Part shown: in pieces, positions 30,432 through 40,935 of the stretch
Numbering within the stretch: the first letter of the stretch is position 1
How the letters are laid out: every line of letters begins with the position of its first letter
Origin: Candidatus Omnitrophota bacterium
GTDB lineage: Bacteria; Omnitrophota; Gorgyraeia; Gygaellales; JBFMBJ01
Assembly: GCA_040755235.1 (NCBI GenBank)
Contig: JBFMBJ010000001.1
Location: forward strand, 1-48,055
DNA length: 48,055 nucleotides
Direction: 5' to 3'
Position numbers and translations under genes: made by a program
Notes under the pieces: generated by a model
What the model saw: the letters and a program-made list of their open reading frames with translations, nothing else
What the model was told of the DNA's origin: nothing
The model's database searches: none

Positions 30432-31630
30432 GCGAGATAAAATTTACGAAAGAAGAAACAAATAATTTTTTAAAGAACTTTTTGAATACCGCGCTCAGGG
30501 AAATGATGTCTGTTTTAGGCGCCGGCTGTGGTTCTTTGTTTTTGTTTGATTCTGATAGCAGCGAATTAGTTTTAGACTCATTTTTTAATTCAGAGAACAT
30601 TAATTTAGCAGGGTTAAAATATAGGATAGGAGAGGGGATTTCCGGCAAAGTCGTAGACATAAAAAAACCGATTTTAGTCAGGGATATCAATAAAGACTTA
30701 CGCTTCCAGAGGAATGGTTTTGCTCACTATAAGACAAATTCTTTTATTTCTATACCGCTTTTTAACTCTGAAGGCCTCTTAGGCCTAATAAATTTAGCAG
30801 ATAAGTCAAACGGTGAGCCATTTTCCGAACAAGACTTAACTTGTGCTGTTTCAATAGCTAAATATGCCTGTTTAGTTGTGGATAATTTTAAGAGCCAGAG
30901 CCAGCTTAAACAAGAAAAAGAAAATTTTGATAAACAAAAAAATATATTGGAGACATACGCTTCCGCTGGCAAACTTGCGGCCGGCTTAGCACACGAGATA
31001 AACAATCCTTTAGACGGCATTATCCGCTATGTAAATATATTGCTCAATCAGATAGATGATAACTCTACCAGCCGGGAATACCTTTTAGAAGTGAAGAGCG
31101 GACTGGGGAGGATTGCGAATATAATAAAGTCACTCTTGGAATTTTCCTCTCAGATTAATTCAAATACTAAATCTGCTAGAAAATATGTAGATTTAGATGT
31201 AATGATTGATGATGCTATAGAGACATTGAGAGATAGGTGTAAAGACAACATAAAAATTAAAAAATATTATAAAAGGGATTTAGCGCCTATTTTAGATTTA
31301 GGTTTGCAGCACGTAATTATCAATTTAGTAAAAAATGCAATAGATGCAATGGCAAACGGTGGGACATTAGAAATTACAACTGATATTAATGATTCTGATG
31401 TGAAGATTATCTTCAAAGATACCGGCGTAGGTATTTGCGAAGATACAGCCAAGAAAATATTTGAACCGTTTTTTACAACCAAGAGCGCTGACAAAGGCAC
31501 CGGCTTAGGCCTTTCAATATGCCGAGAGATTGTTTACAAATACTCAGGGAGAATTGATTTGCATAGTTTGCCGGGAAAAGGTTCTACCTTTACCATCATT
31601 GTTCCTAAGGCACACCTAAAGAATGAATAA
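30428..31630 (+). CDS. Cytoplasmic GAF-domain sensor histidine kinase
   Basis: GAF-like N-terminus, H-box [10 protein letters not shown]-box [10 protein letters not shown]-boxes DTGVGI and GTGLGLS. Confidence 0.85.
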   Translation: MSEIKFTKEETNNFLKNFLNTALREMMSVLGAGCGSLFLFDSDSSELVLDSFFNSENINLAGLKYRIGEGISGKVVDIKKPILVRDINKDLRFQRNGFAHYKTNSFISIPLFNSEGLLGLINLADKSNGEPFSEQDLTCAVSIAKYACLVVDNFKSQSQLKQEKENFDKQKNILETYASAGKLAAGLAHEINNPLDGIIRYVNILLNQIDDNSTSREYLLEVKSGLGRIANIIKSLLEFSSQINSNTKSARKYVDLDVMIDDAIETLRDRCKDNIKIKKYYKRDLAPILDLGLQHVIINLVKNAIDAMANGGTLEITTDINDSDVKIIFKDTGVGICEDTAKKIFEPFFTTKSADKGTGLGLSICREIVYKYSGRIDLHSLPGKGSTFTIIVPKAHLKNE

Positions 31631-33038
31631 TACAAGTTCTAACCGAAGGCATATTTTAGTTGTTGATGACGAGCCTCTGGTAAGGAGGTCTCTAAGTGAA
31701 TTCCTTACATTGGAGGGCTATGCTGTAAGTAATGCCAGCAATGCCAAGGAAGCACTCAACTTATTAAAAGACTATACCGCTGATATTATTATTACTGATA
31801 TAAAGATGCCTGAAATGGATGGCATTAATTTATTAAAAAACATGAAAGAGCTTTACCCACAGACGCCGGTTATAGTTATAACTGGTTACGGTAGCATAGA
31901 AAGCGCTGTAGAAGCAATGAAACAAGGTGCTTATGACTATATAACCAAACCAATCGTGGACTCTGAAATAAAGATTATAATTGAGCGTCTTATCAAAGAG
32001 AACCAAATTGTAGAAGAGAATATCAGACTTAAAGAGCAGCTTTCTTCGACGAAAAAAGAGCGTTTTCTAAATATTGTGGGCCGTGATGAAAAGATGCAAA
32101 AGATTTATAATCTGATTGAGGCAATATCCAATACTCGGGCCACTGTTCTTATTCATGGTGAAAGCGGAACAGGAAAGCGTCTGGTCGCCCATGCAATACA
32201 TAAATTTAATCCCGAGGAAGCGGAAAAGCCGTTTGTAGAAGTAAGTTGCGGTGCATTAACCGAGACATTATTGGAAAGTGAGTTATTTGGCCATGTAAAA
32301 GGCGCTTTTACAGGCGCGATAAAAGAAAAAAAAGGCCGTTTTGAATTAGCAGATACCGGCACCATATTTTTAGATGAAATCGATGCCTTTTCACCAGCGC
32401 TGCAGGTAAAATTGCTGAGAGTGCTTCAGGAGGGCGAATTCGAGCGTGTAGGAGACAATAAAACTGTTAAAGTGGATGTACGGGTAATTTCTGCCACCAA
32501 TCAAAATTTAGAAAACTTGATTAGCCAGGGTAAATTCAGAAAAGATTTATATTATCGGCTTAATATCATTTCCATAGAACTTCCGCCGCTACGAGAGCGA
32601 AAGACGGATATCCCCTTATTAGTTGATGATTTTATAGAAAAACATTTAAAACACACTAGTAAAAAGATTGAAGGCTTATCAGCTGACGCCATTGATACGC
32701 TGATTAATTATAATTGGCCGGGTAATGTCAGAGAATTAGAGAATGTCATTGAACGAGCAATAATTTTAGCCAAGAAGCCAATAATAACCTTGGAAGATTT
32801 TCCTGATTTTTTGCGCTCGTTAGATAAGAATAAATTAAAAGAAAACGAAGTTTTGATTCCTGGCAACGGCTCTAAATTAAAACAGGCGTTAAGGTCTCCT
32901 GAGAGAGATTTAATTTTAAAAGCGCTTCATTCTTCAGATGGGAATAAGAATAAGGCAGCTGAAATCTTAGGTATAAACCGCACCACTCTTTATAAAAAGA
33001 TGCGTAGTTACGGCTTGCTAAAGAATAATAAGCAATAA
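31623..33038 (+). CDS. Sigma-54-dependent response regulator (NtrC family; PrsR-like)
   Basis: REC domain (VVDDEP...TDIKMPEMDG), AAA+ Walker A GESGTGK, GAFTGA sigma-54 contact loop, and C-terminal Fis-type HTH (AAEILGINRTTLYKKM). Confidence 0.9.
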   Translation: MNNTSSNRRHILVVDDEPLVRRSLSEFLTLEGYAVSNASNAKEALNLLKDYTADIIITDIKMPEMDGINLLKNMKELYPQTPVIVITGYGSIESAVEAMKQGAYDYITKPIVDSEIKIIIERLIKENQIVEENIRLKEQLSSTKKERFLNIVGRDEKMQKIYNLIEAISNTRATVLIHGESGTGKRLVAHAIHKFNPEEAEKPFVEVSCGALTETLLESELFGHVKGAFTGAIKEKKGRFELADTGTIFLDEIDAFSPALQVKLLRVLQEGEFERVGDNKTVKVDVRVISATNQNLENLISQGKFRKDLYYRLNIISIELPPLRERKTDIPLLVDDFIEKHLKHTSKKIEGLSADAIDTLINYNWPGNVRELENVIERAIILAKKPIITLEDFPDFLRSLDKNKLKENEVLIPGNGSKLKQALRSPERDLILKALHSSDGNKNKAAEILGINRTTLYKKMRSYGLLKNNKQ

Positions 33039-33039
33039 A

Positions 33040-34053
33040 ATGCAAAATAATCCTAAGCCACGGAAGTCAGTGCCGGCTTTAAAAGATTTAATTAACGTTG
33101 AGGCCTGGCAGGATATTCAGGATAACTTTTCTTTAGTAACCGGAATTGATATTCGATTAATAGACTCAAAAGGCAATCCTCTTATCCGCCGTAGTAATCA
33201 TTCCTCCGCATTATGTTCTGATTATTCCCCAATAGCACAAACAGTAAAAGAGAAGGTCTGTGTAGATTGCCTGCCTACGTTCTTAGGAGGCAACGGCGTA
33301 GTAGACCGTAATTTGAGTTTTTCCTGTATTCCTGGTTTAGACAATTTTATCGTTCCTTTAAGCATAGAGAATGAGGTGCTTGGCTATATCCTAATGGGGC
33401 CTGTTATTTTAGTTATGCGCAAGACCAAAGAACAATATTCTCAGATTGCGGAATCACTAAATGTTGATTTAGAAGAACTCTGGAGTGCTATTTTAGAGTT
33501 AAAAGTGATTTCTTTTCATGGCGCGCAATCAATGCTGGAATTGGTTAAAGATGTAGGTGAATACATTGTAAATTTGGCTTATAGAGATTACATGAAAGAA
33601 GAAGGGGTTAGTTTTAAGCTTAGCACCGTAAAATTACATAAGATATTAGAACTATTGTTAGATGTGGCATTTGAAATAACCGGCGCAGATATTGGCTCAG
33701 TGATGTTAGTTGATAAAAAATCTGATGAACTTTCTATAAAAGCTAGCCGAGGAATTTCAGATGATATCGTTGCGAGGACCCGGGTTAAGCTGGGTAGCAG
33801 GATTTCCGGTTTAGCAGCAAGGGAAGGGGAGGCATTTTTAATCGATAAAGCCTTAAAAGATAACCGAATTAGTCGCTATCTTGAGAGGCCGTCTTTAAAT
33901 TCTTCGATGGTCGTTCCGCTTAAATTAAAAGACACAGTAGTGGGAGTTATGAATTTGGCAATTCTTTCTACCTCACCTAACAAGTTCAGCCAGGACGGCT
34001 TAGAATTGATGCGTAAACTTGCGGACTTGGCAACTGTAGCAATTCCCACCTAA
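33040..34053 (+). CDS. PocR-type sensory domain plus GAF domain protein (no output domain)
   Basis: WQDIQDNFSLVTGIDIRLIDSKGNPL is PocR-like. The C-terminal part is GAF-like (ADIGSVMLVD...SIKASRGI...MVVPLKLKDTVVGVMNL). Confidence 0.6.
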   Translation: MQNNPKPRKSVPALKDLINVEAWQDIQDNFSLVTGIDIRLIDSKGNPLIRRSNHSSALCSDYSPIAQTVKEKVCVDCLPTFLGGNGVVDRNLSFSCIPGLDNFIVPLSIENEVLGYILMGPVILVMRKTKEQYSQIAESLNVDLEELWSAILELKVISFHGAQSMLELVKDVGEYIVNLAYRDYMKEEGVSFKLSTVKLHKILELLLDVAFEITGADIGSVMLVDKKSDELSIKASRGISDDIVARTRVKLGSRISGLAAREGEAFLIDKALKDNRISRYLERPSLNSSMVVPLKLKDTVVGVMNLAILSTSPNKFSQDGLELMRKLADLATVAIPT

Positions 34054-35429
34054 TCTATTTTCCTAAAGCTTGAGGCGGGTATTTTTAATTCTTCGCGGTA
34101 TTTTGCAATTGTACGCCTCGAGATGTCTAATTTTCTTTCCTCATTTAAAACCTTAGTAATAGCCTGATCGCTTAACGGTTTCTTCCTATTTTCCTGCTGG
34201 ATTAAATCTTTTATAAGGTGCTTAATGGCAGTTGAGGATATTGTCTCGCCATTTTTATCATGAATGTGGCTTGCAAAGAAATCCTTTAATGCCACAATGC
34301 CGCAAGGAATCTTAGCGTATTTATTCATTATTGCCCGACAGACGGTTGTTTCGTGAACATTCAGTTTGGCTGCTATATCTTTAAAAGTTAAGGGTTTCAA
34401 ACAGGAAAGGTCAGTTTTAATTGCCTCATTTTGAATTTCCACAATTGATTCGACAATATTTCTAAGAGTTGAATGTCTTCTTGAAATGGCACGCAGTAAT
34501 TCTATGGCGCTACGTAATTTCAGCGTTAAAAATTCTCTTGTTTTCTGGTCCAGATCTGGATTCTTTAGCATGTTGCGATAGGTTTTGTTGATACGCAAAG
34601 TCGGCATATATTCGTTGTTTATGGTTATCTTTAATTCATCAGCCTCAGGTTCAATTATAATGTCCGGAATAATATATTGCGGCTGTTCTGCGCTATAATT
34701 TCTGCCTGGCTTTGGGTCTAATTGGAGTATCTTTTTAACTAAAGGTTCAACAGTTTCTAAAGGTATACCTAAAGACTTGGCAATAACATTAAATCTTTTC
34801 TTTGCAACGTCTTCCAAGTGGTTTTCTATAATTTTTTCTAATAGTGGGTCAGGCTCTTTTGACATATTTATCTGTATAAGAAGGCATTCAGAGATTGACC
34901 TTGCGCCAACACCATGCGGCTCAAATTGTTGTATTAGATAAAGCGTATTTTGTACCTTTTCAACTGCTAAATTTAAACTACTGGCTATTTCTTCTAACTT
35001 GGCTTTCAAGTAGCCATTTTCGTCAATATTGCCTATTATTTCCTGGCCAACCTTAAATTCTTCTTCCGAAGTGCTGAATATGCCTAATTGTCTTAAGAGG
35101 ATCTCTTGTAAGTTCATTTCTTTGCTGATAAGGGTAGCCTGCAGGTCAGTATTGATAAGACTGTCTTTTGCAACATATTTGGATTGGCCATAATAATAGC
35201 CATCATCAGCATCAAAAGTAGAGAGGGGGTCTGTAGTTTTTTCTACTCGAGGGTTAACTTTCACTATTATTGTTTCCTGAGGCCGGGTTTCTTCTAATGT
35301 AGGATTGTTTTCAAGTTCCTGGCTAACCATATCCTTAAGTTCAGGTAAAGGTAAGGTAAGCACTTTTAATGACTGCTGCATCTGGGCAGCCATAACTCTT
35401 TTAAGTTCTAATTTCTGTCTTAACTCCAT
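34050..35429 (-). CDS. rpoN: RNA polymerase sigma-54 factor
   Basis: MELRQKLELKRVMAAQMQQSLKVLTLPLPELKDMVSQELENNPTLEE region I. HTH and RpoN box ISRRTIAKYRE at the C-terminus. Confidence 0.95.
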   Translation of the reverse strand: MELRQKLELKRVMAAQMQQSLKVLTLPLPELKDMVSQELENNPTLEETRPQETIIVKVNPRVEKTTDPLSTFDADDGYYYGQSKYVAKDSLINTDLQATLISKEMNLQEILLRQLGIFSTSEEEFKVGQEIIGNIDENGYLKAKLEEIASSLNLAVEKVQNTLYLIQQFEPHGVGARSISECLLIQINMSKEPDPLLEKIIENHLEDVAKKRFNVIAKSLGIPLETVEPLVKKILQLDPKPGRNYSAEQPQYIIPDIIIEPEADELKITINNEYMPTLRINKTYRNMLKNPDLDQKTREFLTLKLRSAIELLRAISRRHSTLRNIVESIVEIQNEAIKTDLSCLKPLTFKDIAAKLNVHETTVCRAIMNKYAKIPCGIVALKDFFASHIHDKNGETISSTAIKHLIKDLIQQENRKKPLSDQAITKVLNEERKLDISRRTIAKYREELKIPASSFRKID

Positions 35430-35493
35430 AAGTGATTAAATTATAACACAAAAACTTAGTCCTGCAACGAAATTAAAATTAATGCATTTCTTA

Positions 35494-35522
35494 TTGACAG
35501 AATTTCTGTTTAAATATAAAAT
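35494..35522 (+). promoter_or_regulatory. Sigma-70-type promoter candidate
   Basis: TTGACA (35494-35499), 17-nt spacer, TAAAAT (35517-35522). Confidence 0.5.
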
Positions 35523-35551
35523 ATAATTATGAGTAAGCACTCAAAATAAAT

Positions 35552-35926
35552 ACGGGGTATTTTTTAAAGACGAAACCGCGCGGCAGGCCAAAGAAACAAA
35601 AAATTGTTCATATAAAGCCAAAAATCACTCAATTTAGCCCCAGGGGCAAGCCAGGAAGGCCTGATGAAGTAGAGCTTGAAATTGAGGAATTTGAGGCCCT
35701 AAGATTGGCTGATTTTCAAGGCAAACCCCAAATTGAGGCAGCCAAATCAATGGCTATAAGCCAACAGACTTTTAGCCGCATCCTTAAAAAGGCAAGAAAA
35801 AAGACAGCGGAGGGACTTTTGCTTGGAAAAAGGATTAGCATACGAAGTTCTAGTGTTAAACCTGTCAAAGAGGTTCAAGAACACGTCAGATTGTCCAGTC
35901 CTGTAATTCATTTATCCAATCCTTAA
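35552..35926 (+). CDS. DUF134 (UPF0251) small DNA-binding protein; start codon unresolved
   Basis: The open frame reads KTKPRGRPKKQKIVHIKPKITQFSPRGKPGRPDEVELEIEEFEALRLADFQGKPQIEAAKSMAISQQTFSRILKKARKK, matching the DUF134 pattern from its N-terminus. No ATG/GTG/TTG precedes 35705. Confidence 0.6.
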   Translation, partial: TGYFLKTKPRGRPKKQKIVHIKPKITQFSPRGKPGRPDEVELEIEEFEALRLADFQGKPQIEAAKSMAISQQTFSRILKKARKKTAEGLLLGKRISIRSSSVKPVKEVQEHVRLSSPVIHLSNP

Positions 35927-36175
35927 TTTATCCAAATAATCACGCTCAGATTGATTAATCCATACTTATAAACTGTATTTTGGCCCATATTTGATTATTG
36001 CGCAACTTCCTATAATATATATTATGTTAACTTCGATATATGTAAGAATATTGGCATAACATATTGGAATATAATGAGTTGAAGAAAAATAAAAATAACC
36101 TGTGGACAACTCATTTTAAACTTACCTGGACTTACTTTGGTTTTTACTTAATTACTGTAGGGTTGTTACGCGGAT

Positions 36176-37180
36176 TTAAGGAGTTATAGAAGGTTTAATA
36201 TTTACGCCTGCAAAACGGTCTAATCCATGCTCATCCTGTGTCCAGCCGTTTTTAAGGCCATATAAAGCCATTTCTGCCTTGGCCACCTCATATTCTTCCC
36301 TTGTGATTTTACGTGCCAATATGGGGTCATTTTCGGCTTTAAAACAGGGAAAATACTGGCTCATCAGAGAAATATGCACTTCTTTAGACACTTCTTTGGA
36401 TAGGAATTCCATAATTTCTGAGGTTCCGGAGAGGTTGTTTGGCAGGACTAAATGTCTGATAATAAGCCCTCGCTGGATTATGCCTTTTTCATCAATTTGG
36501 GCATTGCCAACCTGCCTGAACATTTCTTTTATGGCAAGGCGGTTATAAAATGGGTATTTTGGCGCACCTGAGTATTTCAGAGCGGTTTTCTCATCACTAT
36601 AGCGCATATCAGGCAAATATATGTCAATAACGCCATCAAATAACACCAGGGTTTCTATAGAATCATAACCTCCGGTATTATATACAAGCGGTATGTTTAA
36701 ACCCATAGGTATTGCAAGGTAAATTGCCTTTAAAATCTGGCTAGCTACATGGGTTGGGCTGACAAAATTAATATTATGACAGCCCATATGTTGGAGTTCC
36801 AACATTATCTTAGCCAGGTCTTCGGGCTCGGTTTCTGAGCCGCCTCCCCCCTGACTAAATTCATAATTTTGGCAGTATATACAACTCATATTGCAATTAG
36901 CAAAGAATATTGTTCCAGAGCCGCGAGTCCCTGAAATTGGCGGCTCTTCGCCATGGTGATTTAGCCAACTATAGACCTTAGGCAGGGCCCCAGTTTTGCA
37001 TACCCCCCTCTTATCTTCTAGTCTATTTACGTGGCAATTATGCGGGCAAAGTGTGCAATTTTCAAGGATCTTGTAGGCATTCTTTATGCGTTTTTCAAAT
37101 TCTTGTTTACTATTTTGGTAAAGATTAATGTATAATAATTTTTCCATTTTCGACATTAAAACTAAGTTTTCTACCATCAA
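36176..37180 (-). CDS. Radical SAM protein, PflX-type (pyruvate formate-lyase activase-like, COG1313)
   Basis: CTLCPHNCHVNRLEDKRGVCK N-terminal Cys motif plus CNMSCIYC (CxxxCxxC). The true start may be Met9 or Met12 (37156 or 37147). Confidence 0.75.
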   Translation of the reverse strand: MMVENLVLMSKMEKLLYINLYQNSKQEFEKRIKNAYKILENCTLCPHNCHVNRLEDKRGVCKTGALPKVYSWLNHHGEEPPISGTRGSGTIFFANCNMSCIYCQNYEFSQGGGGSETEPEDLAKIMLELQHMGCHNINFVSPTHVASQILKAIYLAIPMGLNIPLVYNTGGYDSIETLVLFDGVIDIYLPDMRYSDEKTALKYSGAPKYPFYNRLAIKEMFRQVGNAQIDEKGIIQRGLIIRHLVLPNNLSGTSEIMEFLSKEVSKEVHISLMSQYFPCFKAENDPILARKITREEYEVAKAEMALYGLKNGWTQDEHGLDRFAGVNIKPSITP

Positions 37181-37694
37181 TTGTCTCTACGTCAAACACA
37201 ATATATTCATTATCGAAGATAGCATCATCACCACCTACTATCCTAAATCCTAAAACTTTCTTTAAAATATTATAATGAGAAACAGTCCTTTCAACGTTAT
37301 CTTCTTTACCTGCAATATCTAACGTAGAGTATTCTTTAATTAACAAACCCCCATTATAAAATGCAATAGCTAAATCTTCTTTAGTTGCTTTACTACCTTG
37401 CGGCCATGGGCCGAATCTTACCACTGTTGCACAATCATCCAATAAATAAATTTCCTGACTATACCAGTTATAAGTAGACATAAGTTGTTCGGTTTTGTTT
37501 TCAGGGTAAACACGGTATATAGACGTTTCGCCTTCTTGCCCGTAAGAATTAGTAGGAATACACTTAGCAGAACATTTGCCATATTCAGAATATTTCTTAT
37601 ATTCAAAATTTTGCCGTTCTTTGTCAGCCCAAGATAAATTATTAAAATCAAAAAATAGAACAAAAAGTAATAAAAAAATTACTCTTTTATTCAT
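37125..37694 (-). CDS. Exported hypothetical protein
   Basis: Signal-like N-terminus VIFLLLFVLFFDF. No family recognised. Overlaps both neighbours. Confidence 0.5.
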   Translation of the reverse strand: MNKRVIFLLLFVLFFDFNNLSWADKERQNFEYKKYSEYGKCSAKCIPTNSYGQEGETSIYRVYPENKTEQLMSTYNWYSQEIYLLDDCATVVRFGPWPQGSKATKEDLAIAFYNGGLLIKEYSTLDIAGKEDNVERTVSHYNILKKVLGFRIVGGDDAIFDNEYIVFDVETIDGRKLSFNVENGKIIIH

Positions 37695-38154
37695 TTTGTC
37701 TCCTTTCTATGAGCATCTCTTTGCTTATGACCTTTTCTTTTTCAACATCAAATATTAGATACGAGCCCTTAATCCTTCCCCACCAGACCTCAATATATAA
37801 CAATTTTTCATTTATCCATTTGGCTTTCGGGGCATAGTTATTATGATCTATAAGTTTGATCTGGATAAGATAATCTTTTTCATTATATATTTTTAAGGTA
37901 GTTGACCAGGGATCATCTTTCAGATAATCAGGCAAACTGAGCACAAACCAATGTGCCTTATTTGGAGAAAATTGTTTTTCAGGCACATTAATATTTAGAG
38001 GTTGATGATTTATTTGTATTCGCTGTTCAAAATTATTCTCAAATTCTGTATGATAAATCCGCGGCAAGGTTTCGCTTCGGCTGACTGCCAGCGAATTGAC
38101 AATAATTAGCATAATAACAGTTAAAAAAAATATTTTTAAAAGATAGGTTGGCAT
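37687..38154 (-). CDS. Exported hypothetical protein
   Basis: Signal-like N-terminus. No family recognised. Confidence 0.5.
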   Translation of the reverse strand: MPTYLLKIFFLTVIMLIIVNSLAVSRSETLPRIYHTEFENNFEQRIQINHQPLNINVPEKQFSPNKAHWFVLSLPDYLKDDPWSTTLKIYNEKDYLIQIKLIDHNNYAPKAKWINEKLLYIEVWWGRIKGSYLIFDVEKEKVISKEMLIERRQNE

Positions 38155-38157
38155 TAA

Positions 38158-39201
38158 CTAAGCGTTATTCCAGTTTTTTTGTATATTATATGTTGGGTGA
38201 AGTTTAAAATTTTGTTTTACGTTCTCTATAGCTTCTCCGATTAGGCCGTTTGTGGAGTAATCTCCCAAGCCATCTTGTCCTAAATAATATAGATAACCGA
38301 TGTCTTGCGGTTGAAGGCCCATTAATCTTGCTCCAACTCCATCAGCTTTTAACGCATCAATTGAGCTTATTGCCGCCTGTAGTGATACAGAAAACCCATC
38401 TACAGGCCCATTGCCATCCATACAGTTAAAGGCATCTAATATCACTAAATCAGGCCAGGTAACCTTCGCCAGATTAAATACATTTTTATGAATTACCTTT
38501 GTAGCCTTAATATAAGAAACAGACTTTTTAAAAATAAAATTTACTAGATTGGGCATTCTCCTTCTCATCCAGGAAATTGCCGAGGTGGGAATATAAGTGA
38601 ATACAGTCTTAGCATTGGGCGCGCTGGGAGTGCGTAGTCCATGAAGCAGAGATTTGTCTGCCTGTTTAATTACCCCAGCCATATTTTTTATACCAAATGT
38701 GGCTATTGCATAATTGTGCGTCTTTGGTATGGCGATAGATATTCTATAATCAAAATCAAAAAAATGCTTTATTATTTTTATTGTTTCCTGACCAGCTATG
38801 GACATAATTGGAATTTCAAAAAAATCGTTAAAGTCCTCTATACACTCCAATCTGACATTTTTGTATTTTTTTATTAAATTAAAATATCCAAATTTCTCAA
38901 AAACTTGGCGTGTGGATATTTTTTCATAATATGCGCTGCCACTACCTTCAAGGATGGTAAACCTGCTTTGGTGAAGCTCTTTAAAGTTTTCCAGTAAAAA
39001 GTCTATGGTTGCTTCTACTGTTTCTGCATTTGTGTTAGCAATTTCGTTATTCGTAGCAGTCAAATTAGGTTTTATTAAGATATTTTTTTTACCACGAATA
39101 TTATCCAAATCTGGCTTTATTAGCTCTAGACTCTTGGCTATATTCTTATATCTTTGCGGCCCTTTTACAAGTGAGACTTTTCTATGGGAATTGTTAATCA
39201 T
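38158..39201 (-). CDS. DUF362 domain protein
   Basis: ILIKPNLTATNNEIANTNAETVEATIDFL matches the KPN... start of DUF362. Size also fits. Confidence 0.6.
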   Translation of the reverse strand: MINNSHRKVSLVKGPQRYKNIAKSLELIKPDLDNIRGKKNILIKPNLTATNNEIANTNAETVEATIDFLLENFKELHQSRFTILEGSGSAYYEKISTRQVFEKFGYFNLIKKYKNVRLECIEDFNDFFEIPIMSIAGQETIKIIKHFFDFDYRISIAIPKTHNYAIATFGIKNMAGVIKQADKSLLHGLRTPSAPNAKTVFTYIPTSAISWMRRRMPNLVNFIFKKSVSYIKATKVIHKNVFNLAKVTWPDLVILDAFNCMDGNGPVDGFSVSLQAAISSIDALKADGVGARLMGLQPQDIGYLYYLGQDGLGDYSTNGLIGEAIENVKQNFKLHPTYNIQKNWNNA

Positions 39202-39207
39202 CGTTAT

Positions 39208-39996
39208 TTATTTAAGGATTCTCTTCTTCATCAATCCTAAGCTTAAATAAGTGCAAATCAGTGCCAAGCTAGAAAGCCAAACCAGCTCTAACATTTGAAT
39301 CTGATGGAATCTGCCCAGGCTAATGTTGCGTACTACTGAAACCAGGAAGGTCAATGGCAACGCTTGGGCAATATATCGCGCCCATAAAGGCAATGAAGAA
39401 ATTGGGAAAAACACACCGCTAAAAAGAAACATCGGCGTAATAAATAAAAATACCGGAAAGTTAAACATTTCTATGTTTTTTACAATTGCGGTAAAACACA
39501 TCCCTAAGCTGGAAAATGTCAAGCCAGTCAAAAAGGCAATCGGCAGCATTATTAAACCTGCCTGCCAGCTAACAAGGCCCCAAATAAAGGCAATGGCAAG
39601 CATAATTGCGCCGGCCATCAGCGCTTTTGTGGCTCCCCAAATAATCTCTCCAAAAATGACATCTTCCAGCATTAGCGGCGTTGAAAGGATTGCATCATAG
39701 GTTTTTTGAAAATACATCCTGACAAAGGAAGCATAGGTTGTTTCGAAGAATCCGTGGTTCATTATTGTGGTTGCCACCAGGCCCGGTGCAATAAATTTTA
39801 GATAGGATATTTTAACCCCTTCATAAACAACGTCAGGCACTAAATTTCCTAAGCCAATGCCGAAAGCGATCAAGTACAATAATGGCTCTAAGAGCGGCGG
39901 GATAAAATTTACTTTCCATGTCGCTTTATATACATCAAAGTTTCTTTGCCATACCCGCCAGGAACGCCAGCTGATATTTTTTAGAATTGTTTTCAT
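39208..39996 (-). CDS. ABC-2 type exporter permease
   Basis: Six predicted TM helices and a position immediately after the ATPase gene. Confidence 0.75.
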   Translation of the reverse strand: MKTILKNISWRSWRVWQRNFDVYKATWKVNFIPPLLEPLLYLIAFGIGLGNLVPDVVYEGVKISYLKFIAPGLVATTIMNHGFFETTYASFVRMYFQKTYDAILSTPLMLEDVIFGEIIWGATKALMAGAIMLAIAFIWGLVSWQAGLIMLPIAFLTGLTFSSLGMCFTAIVKNIEMFNFPVFLFITPMFLFSGVFFPISSLPLWARYIAQALPLTFLVSVVRNISLGRFHQIQMLELVWLSSLALICTYLSLGLMKKRILK

Positions 39997-40914
39997 TTAG
40001 AGCTCTCTAAGTTCTCTGCCGGTAAGTTTTAAAAATACATCTTCTAAGTTTGCCATACGCAAAGAGCAAGAACCTTCACCAAATTTTCTAGAGATCTCCT
40101 GCCATAGGTTAGGAAGCCCATTTCCATATATAAAATAATGTGTTTGAGTTTTTTCGTAATTAAGGTTTTTTGCTTTTAAAAAAGATTCTATCTCTTGATT
40201 AATTGATGCAATTTCAATAACTACCTCGCCCATATATTTTTCAATCAATGCCTTAGGAGAGCCTTCTGCAATAATCTTTCCTTTATCCATAATTAAAATT
40301 CTATCGCAAAGATGGGATGCCTCTTCCATATAGTGCGTGGTTATTAAGATTGTAGTCCCTTCGCTTTTTAATTTATGCAGGCTTTCCCATATTTGATGGC
40401 GAGATTGCGGATCAAGGCCAGTTGTTGGTTCATCAAGTATTAGAAGTTCGGGTTTATTAAGTAAAGACCGGGCTATAATAAGCCGGTGTTTCATTCCGCT
40501 TGAAAGCTCATCTATGCGCGCCTTTCTTTTTGATAAAAGTCCCATAAACTTCAACAATTCTTCGCTACGTTCATTGGCAACTTTACCTACAATATCAAAA
40601 TATCTGGCAAAAACACGTAAGTTATCTTCTACTTTTAAGTCGGGGTCAAGATTATCTTCTTGAGGGCATACTCCGATATTTCTTTTAATGAAACGCGGAT
40701 AAGTTTTTGCATCTTTTCCTAAAACTTCAAGTTTTCCGCTACTTGATTCCAAAAAACAGGAAATCATCTTAATGGTTGTGGTTTTTCCAGCACCGTTTGG
40801 CCCCAAAAGACCGAAGCATTCCTGTTGATTGACTGAGAAGTCTATATTATCAACTGCGCTAAGATTTCCAAAAGCTTTTGACAGCCCTTTAGCTTTTACT
40901 ATTAAGTTGTTCAT
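39997..40914 (-). CDS. ABC transporter ATP-binding protein (DrrA/ABC-2 type)
   Basis: Walker A GPNGAGKTT, signature LSSGMKHR, Walker B LILDEPTTGLD. Confidence 0.9.
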   Translation of the reverse strand: MNNLIVKAKGLSKAFGNLSAVDNIDFSVNQQECFGLLGPNGAGKTTTIKMISCFLESSSGKLEVLGKDAKTYPRFIKRNIGVCPQEDNLDPDLKVEDNLRVFARYFDIVGKVANERSEELLKFMGLLSKRKARIDELSSGMKHRLIIARSLLNKPELLILDEPTTGLDPQSRHQIWESLHKLKSEGTTILITTHYMEEASHLCDRILIMDKGKIIAEGSPKALIEKYMGEVVIEIASINQEIESFLKAKNLNYEKTQTHYFIYGNGLPNLWQEISRKFGEGSCSLRMANLEDVFLKLTGRELREL

Positions 40915-40935
40915 TTTGTGATACCCTAACTAATA

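Noticed and set aside
36046-36062. ttggcataacatattgg as a sigma-54 promoter
   Set aside because: It has wrong -12 spacing and sequence, and there is no downstream + strand gene.
36073-36115. 9-bp inverted repeat aatgagttg-N25-caactcatt as a bidirectional terminator between DUF134 and the radical SAM gene
   Set aside because: The loop is large (25 nt) and there is no clear U-tract on either strand. It is too weak to call.
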